A stretch of 64,000 nt of DNA from Caulobacteraceae bacterium. Its GTDB lineage: Bacteria > Pseudomonadota > Alphaproteobacteria > Caulobacterales > Caulobacteraceae. This document shows, piece by piece, positions 15,888-25,261 of this stretch (positions are counted from its first letter, which is position 1; the number at the start of each line of letters is the position of its first letter). Location: NCBI GenBank assembly GCA_035946795.1, contig DASYYX010000064.1:221462-285461 (forward strand), given 5' to 3'. The notes under the pieces were generated by a model. It saw nothing but the letters and a program-made list of their open reading frames with translations, was not told where the DNA came from and did not search any database. Position numbers and translations under genes: made by a program.

Positions 15888-16373
15888 ATGCCTGATGTGT
15901 CTCTGGACTCCGACAGCCAGGACCTCGCCGAGACCTTCGACGAGACCAACATCACCAACGACGGCGGCGATATCGCCGATCCGGACATGGCTCCGGACGT
16001 CTTCGACGTCACCCAGGCCGACGACGATGCTGAAGACGAGGCCCTCGAAGGCGCGGAGGCCGACTCGTTCGACCCTGATGCGGCCGACGAGGCGGAGCTC
16101 GAAGCGATGCTGGAGAGCGATGACGGCGTCGACGAGCCCAATCCGCCGACCTTCGATAACGAGGAGATCGTAGCCACCGACGATCGCTCGAGCGCCGACT
16201 ACGAGCCCAAGTCTGTGTCGGACGAGGAACTGGCGGAACTCGGCTATCGGCCGAAGGACAAGGGGTCGGCCTTTAACAAGGAGCGCCGGGAACAGGAGAA
16301 GCGCCTGGACGAGGGCCTGGAGGAAACCTTCCCGGCCAGCGATCCGGTATCGATCTCTCCGGGGTCCGACTGA
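15888..16373 (+). CDS. Highly acidic hypothetical protein (161 aa) with a C-terminal ETFPASDP motif
   Basis: SD AGGAGG (15874-15879) precedes ATG 15888. The body is D/E-rich and the C-terminus reads LEETFPASDPVSISPGSD. Confidence 0.65.
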   Translation: MPDVSLDSDSQDLAETFDETNITNDGGDIADPDMAPDVFDVTQADDDAEDEALEGAEADSFDPDAADEAELEAMLESDDGVDEPNPPTFDNEEIVATDDRSSADYEPKSVSDEELAELGYRPKDKGSAFNKERREQEKRLDEGLEETFPASDPVSISPGSD

Positions 16374-16493
16374 CGTTCGGACGAGCGCGCCGCGCTTTTG
16401 CGGCTTGAATGTCCCGCTTCACCCATTAGGCTGACCGGGATTCTAACAACTGTTCGAGCCGCGCCTCGCCGCTCCGGGAGTCCCGATCCGAAG

Positions 16494-17363
16494 ATGAACA
16501 AGCGTTTCGAAGGCACGGCGGACTACGTCGCCACCGAAGACCTGACGATCGCCGTGAACGCGGCGATCGCCCTGGAGCGGCCGCTGCTGATTAAGGGCGA
16601 GCCCGGCACCGGCAAGACCGTGCTCGCCTACGAGATCGCCAAGGCGCTCGATTCCCCCCTGATCACCTGGCACATCAAGTCGACGACCAAGGCGCTGCAG
16701 GGCCTCTATGAATACGAGGCGGTCACGCGCTTGCGCGACTCCCAGCTCGGCGACGAGCGGGTGAAGGATGTCTCCAACTACATCAAGCGCGGCAAGCTGT
16801 GGGACGCCTTCGACTCCGATGAGCGCCCGGTGCTCCTGATCGACGAGATCGACAAGGCCGACATCGAGTTCCCGAACGATCTCCTGCAGGAACTCGACCG
16901 CATGGAGTTCTACGTCTACGAGACCAACGAGACGATCCGCGCCAAGGTGCGGCCGATCGTGGTGATCACCTCGAACAACGAGAAAGAACTTCCCGACGCC
17001 TTCCTGAGGCGCTGTTTCTTCCACTACATTCGTTTCCCCGACGAAGACACGATGCGCGCCATCATCGACGTGCACTATCCGGGGATAAAGCAGAAACTCG
17101 TCTCGGAGGCCCTGAAAGTCTTCTACGACATGCGCAAGGTCCCCGGCTTGAAGAAGAAGCCTTCGACCTCCGAGTTGCTCGACTGGCTCAAGCTCCTGAT
17201 GGTGGAGGACATGGAGCCAGACGCCCTGCGCGAGCGCGATCCGTCCAAGTTGCTGCCGCCATTGGCGGGGGCGCTACTCAAGAACGAACAGGACGTGCAC
17301 CTGTTCGAACGGCTCGCCTTCCTGGCCCGGCGCGAAGCCGGCGCCCGTCCCGGCCAAGCCTGA
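16494..17363 (+). CDS. MoxR-family AAA+ ATPase
   Basis: Walker A (LLIKGEPGTGKT), Walker B (VLLIDEIDKA) and the overall MoxR/AAA_5 pattern are present. Confidence 0.9.
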   Translation: MNKRFEGTADYVATEDLTIAVNAAIALERPLLIKGEPGTGKTVLAYEIAKALDSPLITWHIKSTTKALQGLYEYEAVTRLRDSQLGDERVKDVSNYIKRGKLWDAFDSDERPVLLIDEIDKADIEFPNDLLQELDRMEFYVYETNETIRAKVRPIVVITSNNEKELPDAFLRRCFFHYIRFPDEDTMRAIIDVHYPGIKQKLVSEALKVFYDMRKVPGLKKKPSTSELLDWLKLLMVEDMEPDALRERDPSKLLPPLAGALLKNEQDVHLFERLAFLARREAGARPGQA

Positions 17364-17441
17364 CCTCCCTCGCTTACCGCTAATTCACTGGACGTCGGGG
17401 GCGCGCGTCCGCATCCTTTCCGCCAGAAAGGGAGGGCCGTC

Positions 17442-18113
17442 ATGCGCTCTACAACTACGCTTCTGGCCGCTGGCGTGGCTTGCGCCGCCGTCGCGGCCTG
17501 CACTCCGCCGCCGGTCCACCACGTCGGCCCCGGGCCGTTGAAGGTCATCTCGCGGCTGGACTGCCCCAACGAATTCGATGACCTCTCGCTCCGGAGCCAG
17601 AGCGGCGACGGGGCGTCGTGCTCTTATCAGGACGACGCCGGCACGTCGGTCGACTTGCGCCTGATCCCCTTGAACGGCGCCGACCCGCAGACGGTGCTCG
17701 GGCCCATCGAGACGGCGCTGCAAGGCGAATTGCCGGCCTCCGTCGTCAACGCCCAGGCCGCCGGCGGCGGCGATCACGTCGATATCAATCTTCCGGGGGT
17801 GCACATTCACGCCGGCGACAACGGCGCCCAGGTGACCACGCCCACCCCCAACGATCACGACAAGGGCGTCGTGGTGAACGCCAATGACAACGGCGCGCAG
17901 GTACGGGTCCAGAAGGGCGGACCCGGCGTCCACTCGGAGTTCCTGCTGGTGTCGGACACGCCGGGGCCGAATGGCTACAAGTTCGTGGGCTACGAAGCCC
18001 GTGGTCCCGCCTCCGGGCCGATCGCGGTGGCGGAGATCAAGGGCAAGGACGAGGACCGCGAAGACCTCCAGCATCAGGTCGACAAGTTGCTGGACCGCAA
18101 CGTCGGGCGCTGA
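17442..18113 (+). CDS. Putative lipoprotein, unknown function (223 aa)
   Basis: A signal peptide with a lipobox (LLAAGVACAAVAAC). I recognise no family. Confidence 0.6.
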   Translation: MRSTTTLLAAGVACAAVAACTPPPVHHVGPGPLKVISRLDCPNEFDDLSLRSQSGDGASCSYQDDAGTSVDLRLIPLNGADPQTVLGPIETALQGELPASVVNAQAAGGGDHVDINLPGVHIHAGDNGAQVTTPTPNDHDKGVVVNANDNGAQVRVQKGGPGVHSEFLLVSDTPGPNGYKFVGYEARGPASGPIAVAEIKGKDEDREDLQHQVDKLLDRNVGR

Positions 18114-18494
18114 TCACTCGCCCTGGACGGGCGCCACCTCGACCACCTTGTAGGTGAGCGGTCGGCCGTCTTCGTCGGTGACGGTGACGTACTCGCCGAC
18201 GGCGAAGCGGTGCTCGCCGAGGCGATAGACCGGCTCGTCTTCGGCGTTGCCGGCGTCATCGTAATCAAAGAACCAGCGGGCCCCTCGGCGGATGAGCCGC
18301 CCATCCGCCGGATCCTCGTCGGGCGCAAAGCGGCGCACATGGCAGATTTCGCGGGCATGCGCGTAAGCGTCGGCGTCAAGATGGCCGTCGACCGTCAGCG
18401 GCGCGGTCAGCGTATAGCCGCGATGGTCGTCGCCGTTGGCGAACTCGGTTCCGGGATTGCGCGCCAACCGCATTACGATTCGCGAAAGCTCCAT
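18114..18494 (-). CDS. Hypothetical protein (126 aa)
   Basis: An internal ATG at 18494 sits just downstream of the usp gene (likely an operon). The sequence from MELSRIVMRLARNPGTEF... looks protein-like, whereas the longer 18680 start lies inside usp. Confidence 0.55.
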   Translation of the reverse strand: MELSRIVMRLARNPGTEFANGDDHRGYTLTAPLTVDGHLDADAYAHAREICHVRRFAPDEDPADGRLIRRGARWFFDYDDAGNAEDEPVYRLGEHRFAVGEYVTVTDEDGRPLTYKVVEVAPVQGE

Positions 18495-18507
18495 GGGGCC
18501 TCCTCGT

Positions 18508-19320
18508 CTAATGGGATAGAAAAAGCGAGGGCGCGTCGGCTTGCAAGAACCCGCGCGTGGTCCCCCCGAAAATGAACTCCTGCAGGCGCGCATGGCCGAA
18601 GGCGCCACAGACCAGCAAGTCCGCTCCCGCCTCCTTGGCGGCGCGCAGCAACGATCCGGCGGTATCGCCCCCTTCGGCAAGGGTGCGCGCGTCGCAGGAG
18701 ACGCCCCTGGCCTTCAGAAAGATTTGCAGGCGCTCTTGATCGCATCTGCGGCCAGAGCCCGCCGGCGCTGTGAGTGCTATCGTCTGGCGCGCGCGTTGCA
18801 GCAGCGGCAGAGCCGTGCGCATGGCCCGGCTTGCCTCCTTGCCGCCGTCCCAGGCGATGGCGACGACGCCCCCGACTCCGAGCCCGGGCCGAGCGACGAT
18901 CGTGGGCCGTTGTTCGTCGGCGACGATCTGCTGGAAAGCTTCCGCCAGCGGCCCTCGCCCCTTGGCGGCGCCGTCATCGAAGACCACCACATCGGAGAGC
19001 CGGCTCTCTTGCGCCAAGGCGCTCCACACCGGCGACTTCAGGGTGAGGAAGCTCTTGCGTTCGTACGGCGCGGCGCCCACGGCCGCCGATGCGGCGCTCG
19101 CGCCTTCGGTCGCGGCTTGGCGGATGCTCTCGACAGCGCTCGCCTGAACCCCGCCCATGAAGCCGTCGCCCATCCATGGCAGCAAGTCGGTTACATCGGC
19201 CGGAGCGTGCACAAACGCGGCCTCGGCGCCAAAGGGCTCGGCGATGGCCAGCGCCGCGGCGATGATACGGCGATCGCTTTCCCCGCCCGACAGAGGAGCC
19301 ATGATCCGCGCCCAGTCCAT
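18508..19320 (-). CDS. Universal stress protein family (tandem Usp domains)
   Basis: The C-terminal motif ADLLVCGAFGHARLQEFIFGGTTRGFL is typical of UspA. At 270 aa the protein corresponds to two Usp domains. Confidence 0.8.
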   Translation of the reverse strand: MDWARIMAPLSGGESDRRIIAAALAIAEPFGAEAAFVHAPADVTDLLPWMGDGFMGGVQASAVESIRQAATEGASAASAAVGAAPYERKSFLTLKSPVWSALAQESRLSDVVVFDDGAAKGRGPLAEAFQQIVADEQRPTIVARPGLGVGGVVAIAWDGGKEASRAMRTALPLLQRARQTIALTAPAGSGRRCDQERLQIFLKARGVSCDARTLAEGGDTAGSLLRAAKEAGADLLVCGAFGHARLQEFIFGGTTRGFLQADAPSLFLSH

Positions 19321-19426
19321 CTCCTGCGCCTCCCCTTTTCAAAGAGCCCGCCCCATGCGGTGGCCCGGCATTGATCTTTGTCAAGCGATCGGCCATGCCG
19401 GCAGCCTGCATCAAGGAAACTCCGAG

Positions 19427-20089
19427 GTGGTGAAAGGGCTGCAGCCGGTCAAATCGGCCCAGCGCGCCTGGCAACGCATGCTGTCCGGGCGCCGACTGGA
19501 TCTTATCGATCCGTCGCCGATGGACATCGAGATCGAGGACATCGCTCATGGGCTGGCGCGAGTGGCCCGCTGGAACGGCCAGACCGTCGGCGACCATCCG
19601 TTCAGCGTCGCCCAGCACTGTGTGCTGGTCGAGTCGCTGCTGGCGGCGCAGGGCGCCGGCCTGGAGGCGCGCTGGCGGCTCGCCGCCCTGCTGCATGATG
19701 CCGCGGAGTTCGTGATCGGTGACATGATCTCGCCGTTCAAAGCCGCCCTGGGCCTCGACTATCGGGCCTTCGAGGAACGGCTAGAGCACGCGATCAATGT
19801 CCGCTTCGGTCTCCCGGCCCATATCCCGGCCCGGGTGAAGAGCCAGATCAAGATCGCCGACCGCGCTTCGGCCTTCCTCGAGGCCACGCAACTGGCTGGT
19901 TTTTCGTGGCAGGAAGCGGTGTCGCTCTTCGGGCCGCCGCCGAGGTCGCGGACCGATGCGCTGGTCCCCTGGCCTGCCCCCCAGGCGCAGCTGCGTTATC
20001 TGGACCGCTTCGCGCGCCTGAGCCTGGCCCTGGGCGGGCCTGTCGCCGGTGCGGCTCATCGGAAATCCGGAGATGTCGCACGCCCGTGA
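19427..20089 (+). CDS. HD-domain phosphohydrolase (YfbR-like)
   Basis: RAWQRMLSGRRLDLIDPSP...IEDIAHGLARVARWNGQT...FSVAQHCV...LLHDAAEFVIGDM contains the H...HD...D motifs. The start is uncertain (GTG 19427 or ATG 19478). Confidence 0.75.
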   Translation: MVKGLQPVKSAQRAWQRMLSGRRLDLIDPSPMDIEIEDIAHGLARVARWNGQTVGDHPFSVAQHCVLVESLLAAQGAGLEARWRLAALLHDAAEFVIGDMISPFKAALGLDYRAFEERLEHAINVRFGLPAHIPARVKSQIKIADRASAFLEATQLAGFSWQEAVSLFGPPPRSRTDALVPWPAPQAQLRYLDRFARLSLALGGPVAGAAHRKSGDVARP

Positions 20090-21114
20090 CGACGACGGTC
20101 GTCATTGGACTTTCGGCGGTGATCATCGCCATGGCAAAGGGCGAGGCGACCGTGCTCACGGTCCGGCCGCGTTCGGGCGCCATCGACCAGGCGGGCGACC
20201 TGCAGGGCCTGCCCTTCGGTCCCTTCGATCCGGACGGCCATCGCACCTTCGAGCTGGCGCTGAGGGAGTTCGTCACGCGCCAGACGCGGTTCGAGCTCGG
20301 CTATGTGGAGCAGCTCTACACCTTCGGCGACAAGGGCCGGGACGCCCCCGTGGCCGACGTCGGAGCCGGCTCGGCGCGGGTGATCTCGGTCGGCTATCTG
20401 GCCCTGGCGCCTTTCGCAGCGGGCTCGGCGGCCCCCGACACGCGCTGGTCGCCATGGTCTCAGTTCTTTCCCTGGGAGGACTGGCGGGGCGGGCGCCCGA
20501 CCGTCATTCCAGAGGTGATCGCGCCGGCCCTGCGCACCTGGGCCCAATCGCACCCCGCCGGCTGGACGCGCGCAGCGCAGCTGTTCGCTCTCGAGGGCTG
20601 GCCATGGAACGAGGAGCGGGTGCTGGACCGGTACGAACTGCTCTACGAGGCCGGCCTGGTCCCGGAGGCGGCGCGTGATCGCGGTGGCCAGGCCGACGCC
20701 GCCGGGGAGTCGCCGGCCGCTCCCTCGGGCCTTGGCGAACCCATGATCTCGGATCACCGCCGCATCCTGGCGACCGCGCTCGGCCGCCTGCGCGGCAAGA
20801 TCAAGTACCGGCCGGTGATCTTCGAACTCATGGGAGAAGCGTTCACGCTGTCGGCGCTGCAGAAGACGGTCGAGGCGGTCTCGGGAGTGACGCTGCACAA
20901 GCAGAACTTCCGCCGCATGCTCGAGCGGACCGAACTGGTCGAAGGACTGGGCCGCATGAATGCGGAAACCGGGGGCCGTCCGGCAGAGCTGTTCCGTTTC
21001 CGTCGCGAGCGCATGGCGTCCGGCCCTGCGCCAGGGTTGACCCTGCCGGTGCTGATGACCGCCGCGGAGAGCCCCAGGAACCGCCCGCCCGCCACCGCTA
21101 GGCGCCGTACCTGA
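20086..21114 (+). CDS. NrtR-like regulator: degenerate Nudix domain plus C-terminal winged helix
   Basis: The Nudix box is degenerate (ELALREFVTRQTRFEL lacks the EE pair). The C-terminal FTLSALQKTVEAVSGVTLHKQNFRRMLER matches the NrtR wHTH signature. GTG 20086 overlaps the HD gene stop (GTGA). Confidence 0.65.
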   Translation: MTTTVVIGLSAVIIAMAKGEATVLTVRPRSGAIDQAGDLQGLPFGPFDPDGHRTFELALREFVTRQTRFELGYVEQLYTFGDKGRDAPVADVGAGSARVISVGYLALAPFAAGSAAPDTRWSPWSQFFPWEDWRGGRPTVIPEVIAPALRTWAQSHPAGWTRAAQLFALEGWPWNEERVLDRYELLYEAGLVPEAARDRGGQADAAGESPAAPSGLGEPMISDHRRILATALGRLRGKIKYRPVIFELMGEAFTLSALQKTVEAVSGVTLHKQNFRRMLERTELVEGLGRMNAETGGRPAELFRFRRERMASGPAPGLTLPVLMTAAESPRNRPPATARRRT

Positions 21115-21925
21115 TCACCGGCACCCCGTGAATGTTCAAGTCTGGATTCATCCAGAAGGCGTCGTTCTCGAAGCGTTGAAAGAGTTCGGGCGGAAGCACC
21201 GTCCGGCGCTCGACGAACTCCACCTTCTTGCGGACCGTATGCAGCCCCGGCGAGCCTAGGCCGGCGTCGAATTCATCGGCGCTGTATTCGACGTTGTCGA
21301 AGTCGTGGCTGTAGATCGGCTCTCCGAGGAACTCGTAGAGCTTGGAGATCGTGCCTACGGGATCCCGCGTCAGGGCCTCGTAGGTCACCAGGATCATCCG
21401 GTCGGGCCAGCCGCCGTAGAAAGCCTCGCGCAACGCGTCCAGGGCATAGCCGACCATGCCGTCGCTCACCGCCAGCCGATTGATGCGCGTGTACACCGTG
21501 CCGCCGGCGTCATAGCCGAAGATGCCAGAAAGGTCGTAGATGTTGTGCCGCTCCAGCCGTTCGATGCTGTCCATGATCCAGGGAATGTGCCGAACACAGC
21601 AGATGATCTTGGCCTGTGGAAAATGTTGCGCCAAGGCCGGCATCTTGGAGCACCACATACGATTGGTGTCGAAGATCACCTTGTCTCTGCCGATCCGGTG
21701 ATAGTAGTTTCGAAAGACGCCGGTTAACAGCTCGCGCTTCTGATCTTCCTCTATGAAGACGGCCGCTTCGTTCTTGCGGCTGACGGCGCCCATCATGGCC
21801 AGGTAGATCGCCCCGACGGGTGAGGTCATCATGGCGTGGAACCTCGGGTTCTGGCGCAGGATCGCCGACAGCAACGTCGACCCCGAGCGCGGAAGCCCCG
21901 AAATGAAGTGGATGCCGTGATCCAT
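21098..21925 (-). CDS. Sulfotransferase family protein
   Basis: The PAPS-binding loop GLPRSGSTLL lies near the N-terminus. Length is about 275 aa from ATG 21925. Confidence 0.8.
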   Translation of the reverse strand: MDHGIHFISGLPRSGSTLLSAILRQNPRFHAMMTSPVGAIYLAMMGAVSRKNEAAVFIEEDQKRELLTGVFRNYYHRIGRDKVIFDTNRMWCSKMPALAQHFPQAKIICCVRHIPWIMDSIERLERHNIYDLSGIFGYDAGGTVYTRINRLAVSDGMVGYALDALREAFYGGWPDRMILVTYEALTRDPVGTISKLYEFLGEPIYSHDFDNVEYSADEFDAGLGSPGLHTVRKKVEFVERRTVLPPELFQRFENDAFWMNPDLNIHGVPVIRYGA

Positions 21926-21982
21926 TGTGTCTCCCGGTTTTTCGGCCTTGCCCCCGCGAGCGGCCAACAGCGCTTTGAGGTG

Positions 21983-22558
21983 TTAGACGAGGTAGGCCCA
22001 GGCCGCCATCACCACCCCGCCGGCGGTCAGCGCCAAGGCGGTGAACCATGGCCAGCGCCGATGCAAGATGATGGCCAGGGTGGCGATGGCGATCGCCATG
22101 TGCAGCAGGGTCGAGCCGATCGTCAGCCGGCTGTGTCGGACTTCGTGGAAAGAGGCCTCGCGGCCGAAGGCGTCGCGCTGGGCTTCAAGCGCCCTCGCCT
22201 GCTTCTCGATCCCGACTTGGTCGGCTCCATTGGAGGCGGCCTTGGCCGCGAACTTCGCCGCCGGCGGACCGGCCGCCTGCGCTGCGGCCACTTCGTAGAC
22301 GTTCTTCTTGAGGCTCTTGGCCTCATAGAAGTTCCACTGATCGGTGGCGCGATTCTGCTCGAGGACGGCGTCGTTCTTGGCCACGATAGTGGCGTCGCCT
22401 TCGGTGGTCTCGAGGCTCGCGGCCACGGCCGCCAAGACCGCCAGAACCGCGATCGTGAACGTCACCTGCGAGAGCAGCGGATCCTTGCGCTCGATTGCCT
22501 CGGCCGCGTGTTCTGCGTGCTCCCGCGCCTCCATCTCCTCGAGCGGCGAATCCGACAC
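21983..22558 (-). CDS. DUF4337-like membrane protein
   Basis: The pattern (N-terminal acidic helix, TM segment, QWNFYEAKSLKKNVYE, C-terminal TM pair) matches DUF4337 as I remember it. It starts 3 nt after the ppdK stop. Confidence 0.7.
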   Translation of the reverse strand: MSDSPLEEMEAREHAEHAAEAIERKDPLLSQVTFTIAVLAVLAAVAASLETTEGDATIVAKNDAVLEQNRATDQWNFYEAKSLKKNVYEVAAAQAAGPPAAKFAAKAASNGADQVGIEKQARALEAQRDAFGREASFHEVRHSRLTIGSTLLHMAIAIATLAIILHRRWPWFTALALTAGGVVMAAWAYLV

Positions 22559-22560
22559 AG

Positions 22561-25251
22561 TCAGCCTTTGTCCGCGGCGAGTGAGGCCTGGGCGGCGGCG
22601 AGACGGGCGATCGGCACGCGATAAGGAGAGCAGCTGACGTAGTCCAGGCCGACGCTCTCGCAGAAAGCGATCGACGCCGGATCACCCCCGTGCTCGCCGC
22701 AGATGCCCAGTTTCAAGTCCGGTTTCGCCGCCCGCCCGCGCTGCGCCGCCATGCGGATCAGAGCCCCGACGCCGGCTTCGTCGAGGCTCACGAACGGATC
22801 GCGTTCGAAGATGCCGCGCTCCAGATAGGCCGACAGGAACCGACCCGAGTCGTCCCGGCTGATGCCGAAGGTAGTCTGGGTCAGGTCATTGGTGCCGAAC
22901 GAAAAGAACTCGGCGCCGCGGGCGAGATCGGCGGCGCAGACGGCGGCGCGCGGCAGCTCGATCATCGTTCCCACCGAGTATTCCACCCGACGACCGCACT
23001 CGGCCATCACCTGCTCGGCGACGCGATCGGTCAGGGCGCGCAGGTAGTCCATCTCCTCGCCCTTGGCGACCAGGGGATGCATGATCTCGGGCCGCGGCGC
23101 GCTCGGCCCTTCCTGGGCCGCCTCCAGCGCCGCCTCGATGATCGCCCGGACCTGCATTTCGTAGATCTCGGGATGGGAGACGCCGAGCCGGCAGCCCCGA
23201 TGGCCGAGCATCGGGTTGACCTCGGCGAGGGCGCGGCAACGCTCGGCGAGTTCGGCAGGATCCAATTCGAGCGAGCGGGCAACCTCGACAGTTTCCGACT
23301 CGGAGCGAGGCAGGAACTCGTGCAGCGGCGGATCGAGCAGCCGGAAGGTGATCGGCCTGCCTTCCATGATGCGGAACAGCTCGATGAAGTCGCCCTTCTG
23401 CATCGGCAGTATCTCGGCGAGGGCGCGACGGCGGCCCGCCTCGTCCTCGGCCAGGATCATCCGCCGCACCGCCGCAAGACGCCTTTCCTCGAAGAACATG
23501 TGCTCGGTCCTGACCAGGCCGATGCCCTGGGCGCCGAACCGGCGTGCAGCGCGCGCATCGAGAGGGGTCTCGGCATTGGCCCGCACCTGGAGGCGGCGAA
23601 CTTCGTCGGCCCAGTCCATGAGAGTACCGAAGTCTCCCGAGAGCTGTGGTTCGACCATGGGCGCGGCCCCGGCGAGCACCTCGCCCCTGGCGCCATCGAT
23701 CGTGATCACGTCACCGGCCCGCAAGGTTCGCCCCCGAGCCGACATTTCCCCGGCGGCGGCGTCGATCCGCAGTTCGGAGACGCCAACGACGCAAGCCCTT
23801 CCCATGCCCCTGGCGACCACAGCCGCGTGGCTGGTCATACCGCCCCGCGCCGTAACGATCCCCCGGGCGGCGTCCATACCCTTGATGTCCTCGGGCGAGG
23901 TCTCCTCGCGGACCAGGATGACCGCCTCGCCCGCCGCGCCCTCGCGCTCGGCCGCTTCGGCGCTGAAGACGATCTTGCCGCTGGCGGCGCCAGGGGAGGC
24001 CGGCAGGCCCCGAGCGACCACGTCCCTTTCGGCGGAAGGGTCGATCGCCGGATGCAAGAGCTGATCGAGCGAGGCCGGATCGATTCGTCCGATAGCCTCG
24101 GCCCGACTGACCAATCCCTCCTCGACCATGGCGACGGCGATCTTCAGGGCCGCCCTGGCGGTGCGCTTGCCGGCGCGCGTCTGCAGCAGAAACAGCCGTC
24201 CGCGTTCGATGGTGAACTCGACATCCTGCATGTCGCGGTAGTGGCGCTCCAGGGTTGCGGTGGCTGCATGGAAGTCGGCGAAAGCCGCCGGCATGGACGC
24301 CTCCAGCGACAGGCTCTCGTCGCCCACGGCATCGCCAGCGGAGCGCGTGAGCGGCTGCGGCGTGCGAATGCCGGCGACTACGTCTTCGCCCTGCGCATTG
24401 GCGAGCCACTCTCCCCAGAGGCAGGCCTCGCCTGTTGACGGATCACGAGTGAACGCAACTCCCGTGGCGCTCGTGGCGCCCATGTTGCCGAAGACCATCG
24501 CCTGCACATTGACCGCGGTTCCCCAGGCCTCTGGGATGTTGTGCATGCGTCGGTAGAAGCGCGCCCTTTCGTTGTTCCAGCTGTCGAAGACCGCGCCGAT
24601 CGCGCCCCAAAGTTGCGCCTTGGGGTCTTGCGGAAAGGGCTCGCCCAGCTCGCGTTGGACCGCCCCCTTGTATTCGCCGACGACGTCGCGCCAGTCCTCG
24701 TCCGAGAGGTCGGTATCGAGGGTCAGGCCGAGGAGGTCCTTGCGATCATCCAGGATCTCTTCGAACAGGTGATGGTCGAGCGCCAACACCACGTTGGCAT
24801 ACATCTGGATAAACCGGCGATAGCTGTCGAAGGCGAAGCGGGGATCGCCAGAAAGCGTGGCCAGACCTTCGACGGTGGCGTCGTTGAGGCCCAGGTTGAG
24901 GATGGTGTCCATCATGCCGGGCATCGAAGCGCGGGCGCCGGAACGCACCGAAACCAGGAGCGGGTTTTCAGGATCCCCGAAACGCTTGTCGGTCCGATGC
25001 TCCAGGATCGCCAGGGCCTGCGCCACCTCGGTCGAAAGCCCCTCGGGAAACGACTTTCCGTGACCGTAGTAGTGACTGCACGCGTCAGTGGTGATGGTGA
25101 ATCCCGGCGGCACCGGCAGACCCAGCGCCGACATCTCGGCGAGATTGGCCCCCTTGCCGCCCAACAGCGATTGCATCGAGGCATCGCCGTCGGCGACGCC
25201 GTCGCCGAACGAAAAAACCCAGCGCGCCCGGGCGAGCGTATCGGCCGTCAT
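22561..25251 (-). CDS. ppdK: Pyruvate, phosphate dikinase
   Basis: 896 aa. Contains LLGGKGANLAEM, the phosphohistidine region GGMTSHAAVVARGMG, and the C-terminal PEP-utilising domain with FFSFGTNDLTQ. Confidence 0.95.
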   Translation of the reverse strand: MTADTLARARWVFSFGDGVADGDASMQSLLGGKGANLAEMSALGLPVPPGFTITTDACSHYYGHGKSFPEGLSTEVAQALAILEHRTDKRFGDPENPLLVSVRSGARASMPGMMDTILNLGLNDATVEGLATLSGDPRFAFDSYRRFIQMYANVVLALDHHLFEEILDDRKDLLGLTLDTDLSDEDWRDVVGEYKGAVQRELGEPFPQDPKAQLWGAIGAVFDSWNNERARFYRRMHNIPEAWGTAVNVQAMVFGNMGATSATGVAFTRDPSTGEACLWGEWLANAQGEDVVAGIRTPQPLTRSAGDAVGDESLSLEASMPAAFADFHAATATLERHYRDMQDVEFTIERGRLFLLQTRAGKRTARAALKIAVAMVEEGLVSRAEAIGRIDPASLDQLLHPAIDPSAERDVVARGLPASPGAASGKIVFSAEAAEREGAAGEAVILVREETSPEDIKGMDAARGIVTARGGMTSHAAVVARGMGRACVVGVSELRIDAAAGEMSARGRTLRAGDVITIDGARGEVLAGAAPMVEPQLSGDFGTLMDWADEVRRLQVRANAETPLDARAARRFGAQGIGLVRTEHMFFEERRLAAVRRMILAEDEAGRRRALAEILPMQKGDFIELFRIMEGRPITFRLLDPPLHEFLPRSESETVEVARSLELDPAELAERCRALAEVNPMLGHRGCRLGVSHPEIYEMQVRAIIEAALEAAQEGPSAPRPEIMHPLVAKGEEMDYLRALTDRVAEQVMAECGRRVEYSVGTMIELPRAAVCAADLARGAEFFSFGTNDLTQTTFGISRDDSGRFLSAYLERGIFERDPFVSLDEAGVGALIRMAAQRGRAAKPDLKLGICGEHGGDPASIAFCESVGLDYVSCSPYRVPIARLAAAQASLAADKG

Positions 25252-25261
25252 CGCGGCGTTC

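Noticed and set aside
22690-24438. A 582-aa plus-strand ORF. Comparable long ORFs occur at 27291-28625, 34204-35733, 38971-40098, 47234-48520, 48666-50540, 49007-51055, 52072-53634, 54724-56115, 60039-60869 and 61126-62136.
   Set aside because: Each is antisense to, or out of frame with, a strongly supported housekeeping gene (ppdK, glyQ, the TPR gene, the radical SAM gene, mfd, recG, hldE, the cysK-like gene, csp, recJ). Their compositions are arginine/glycine/proline-biased.
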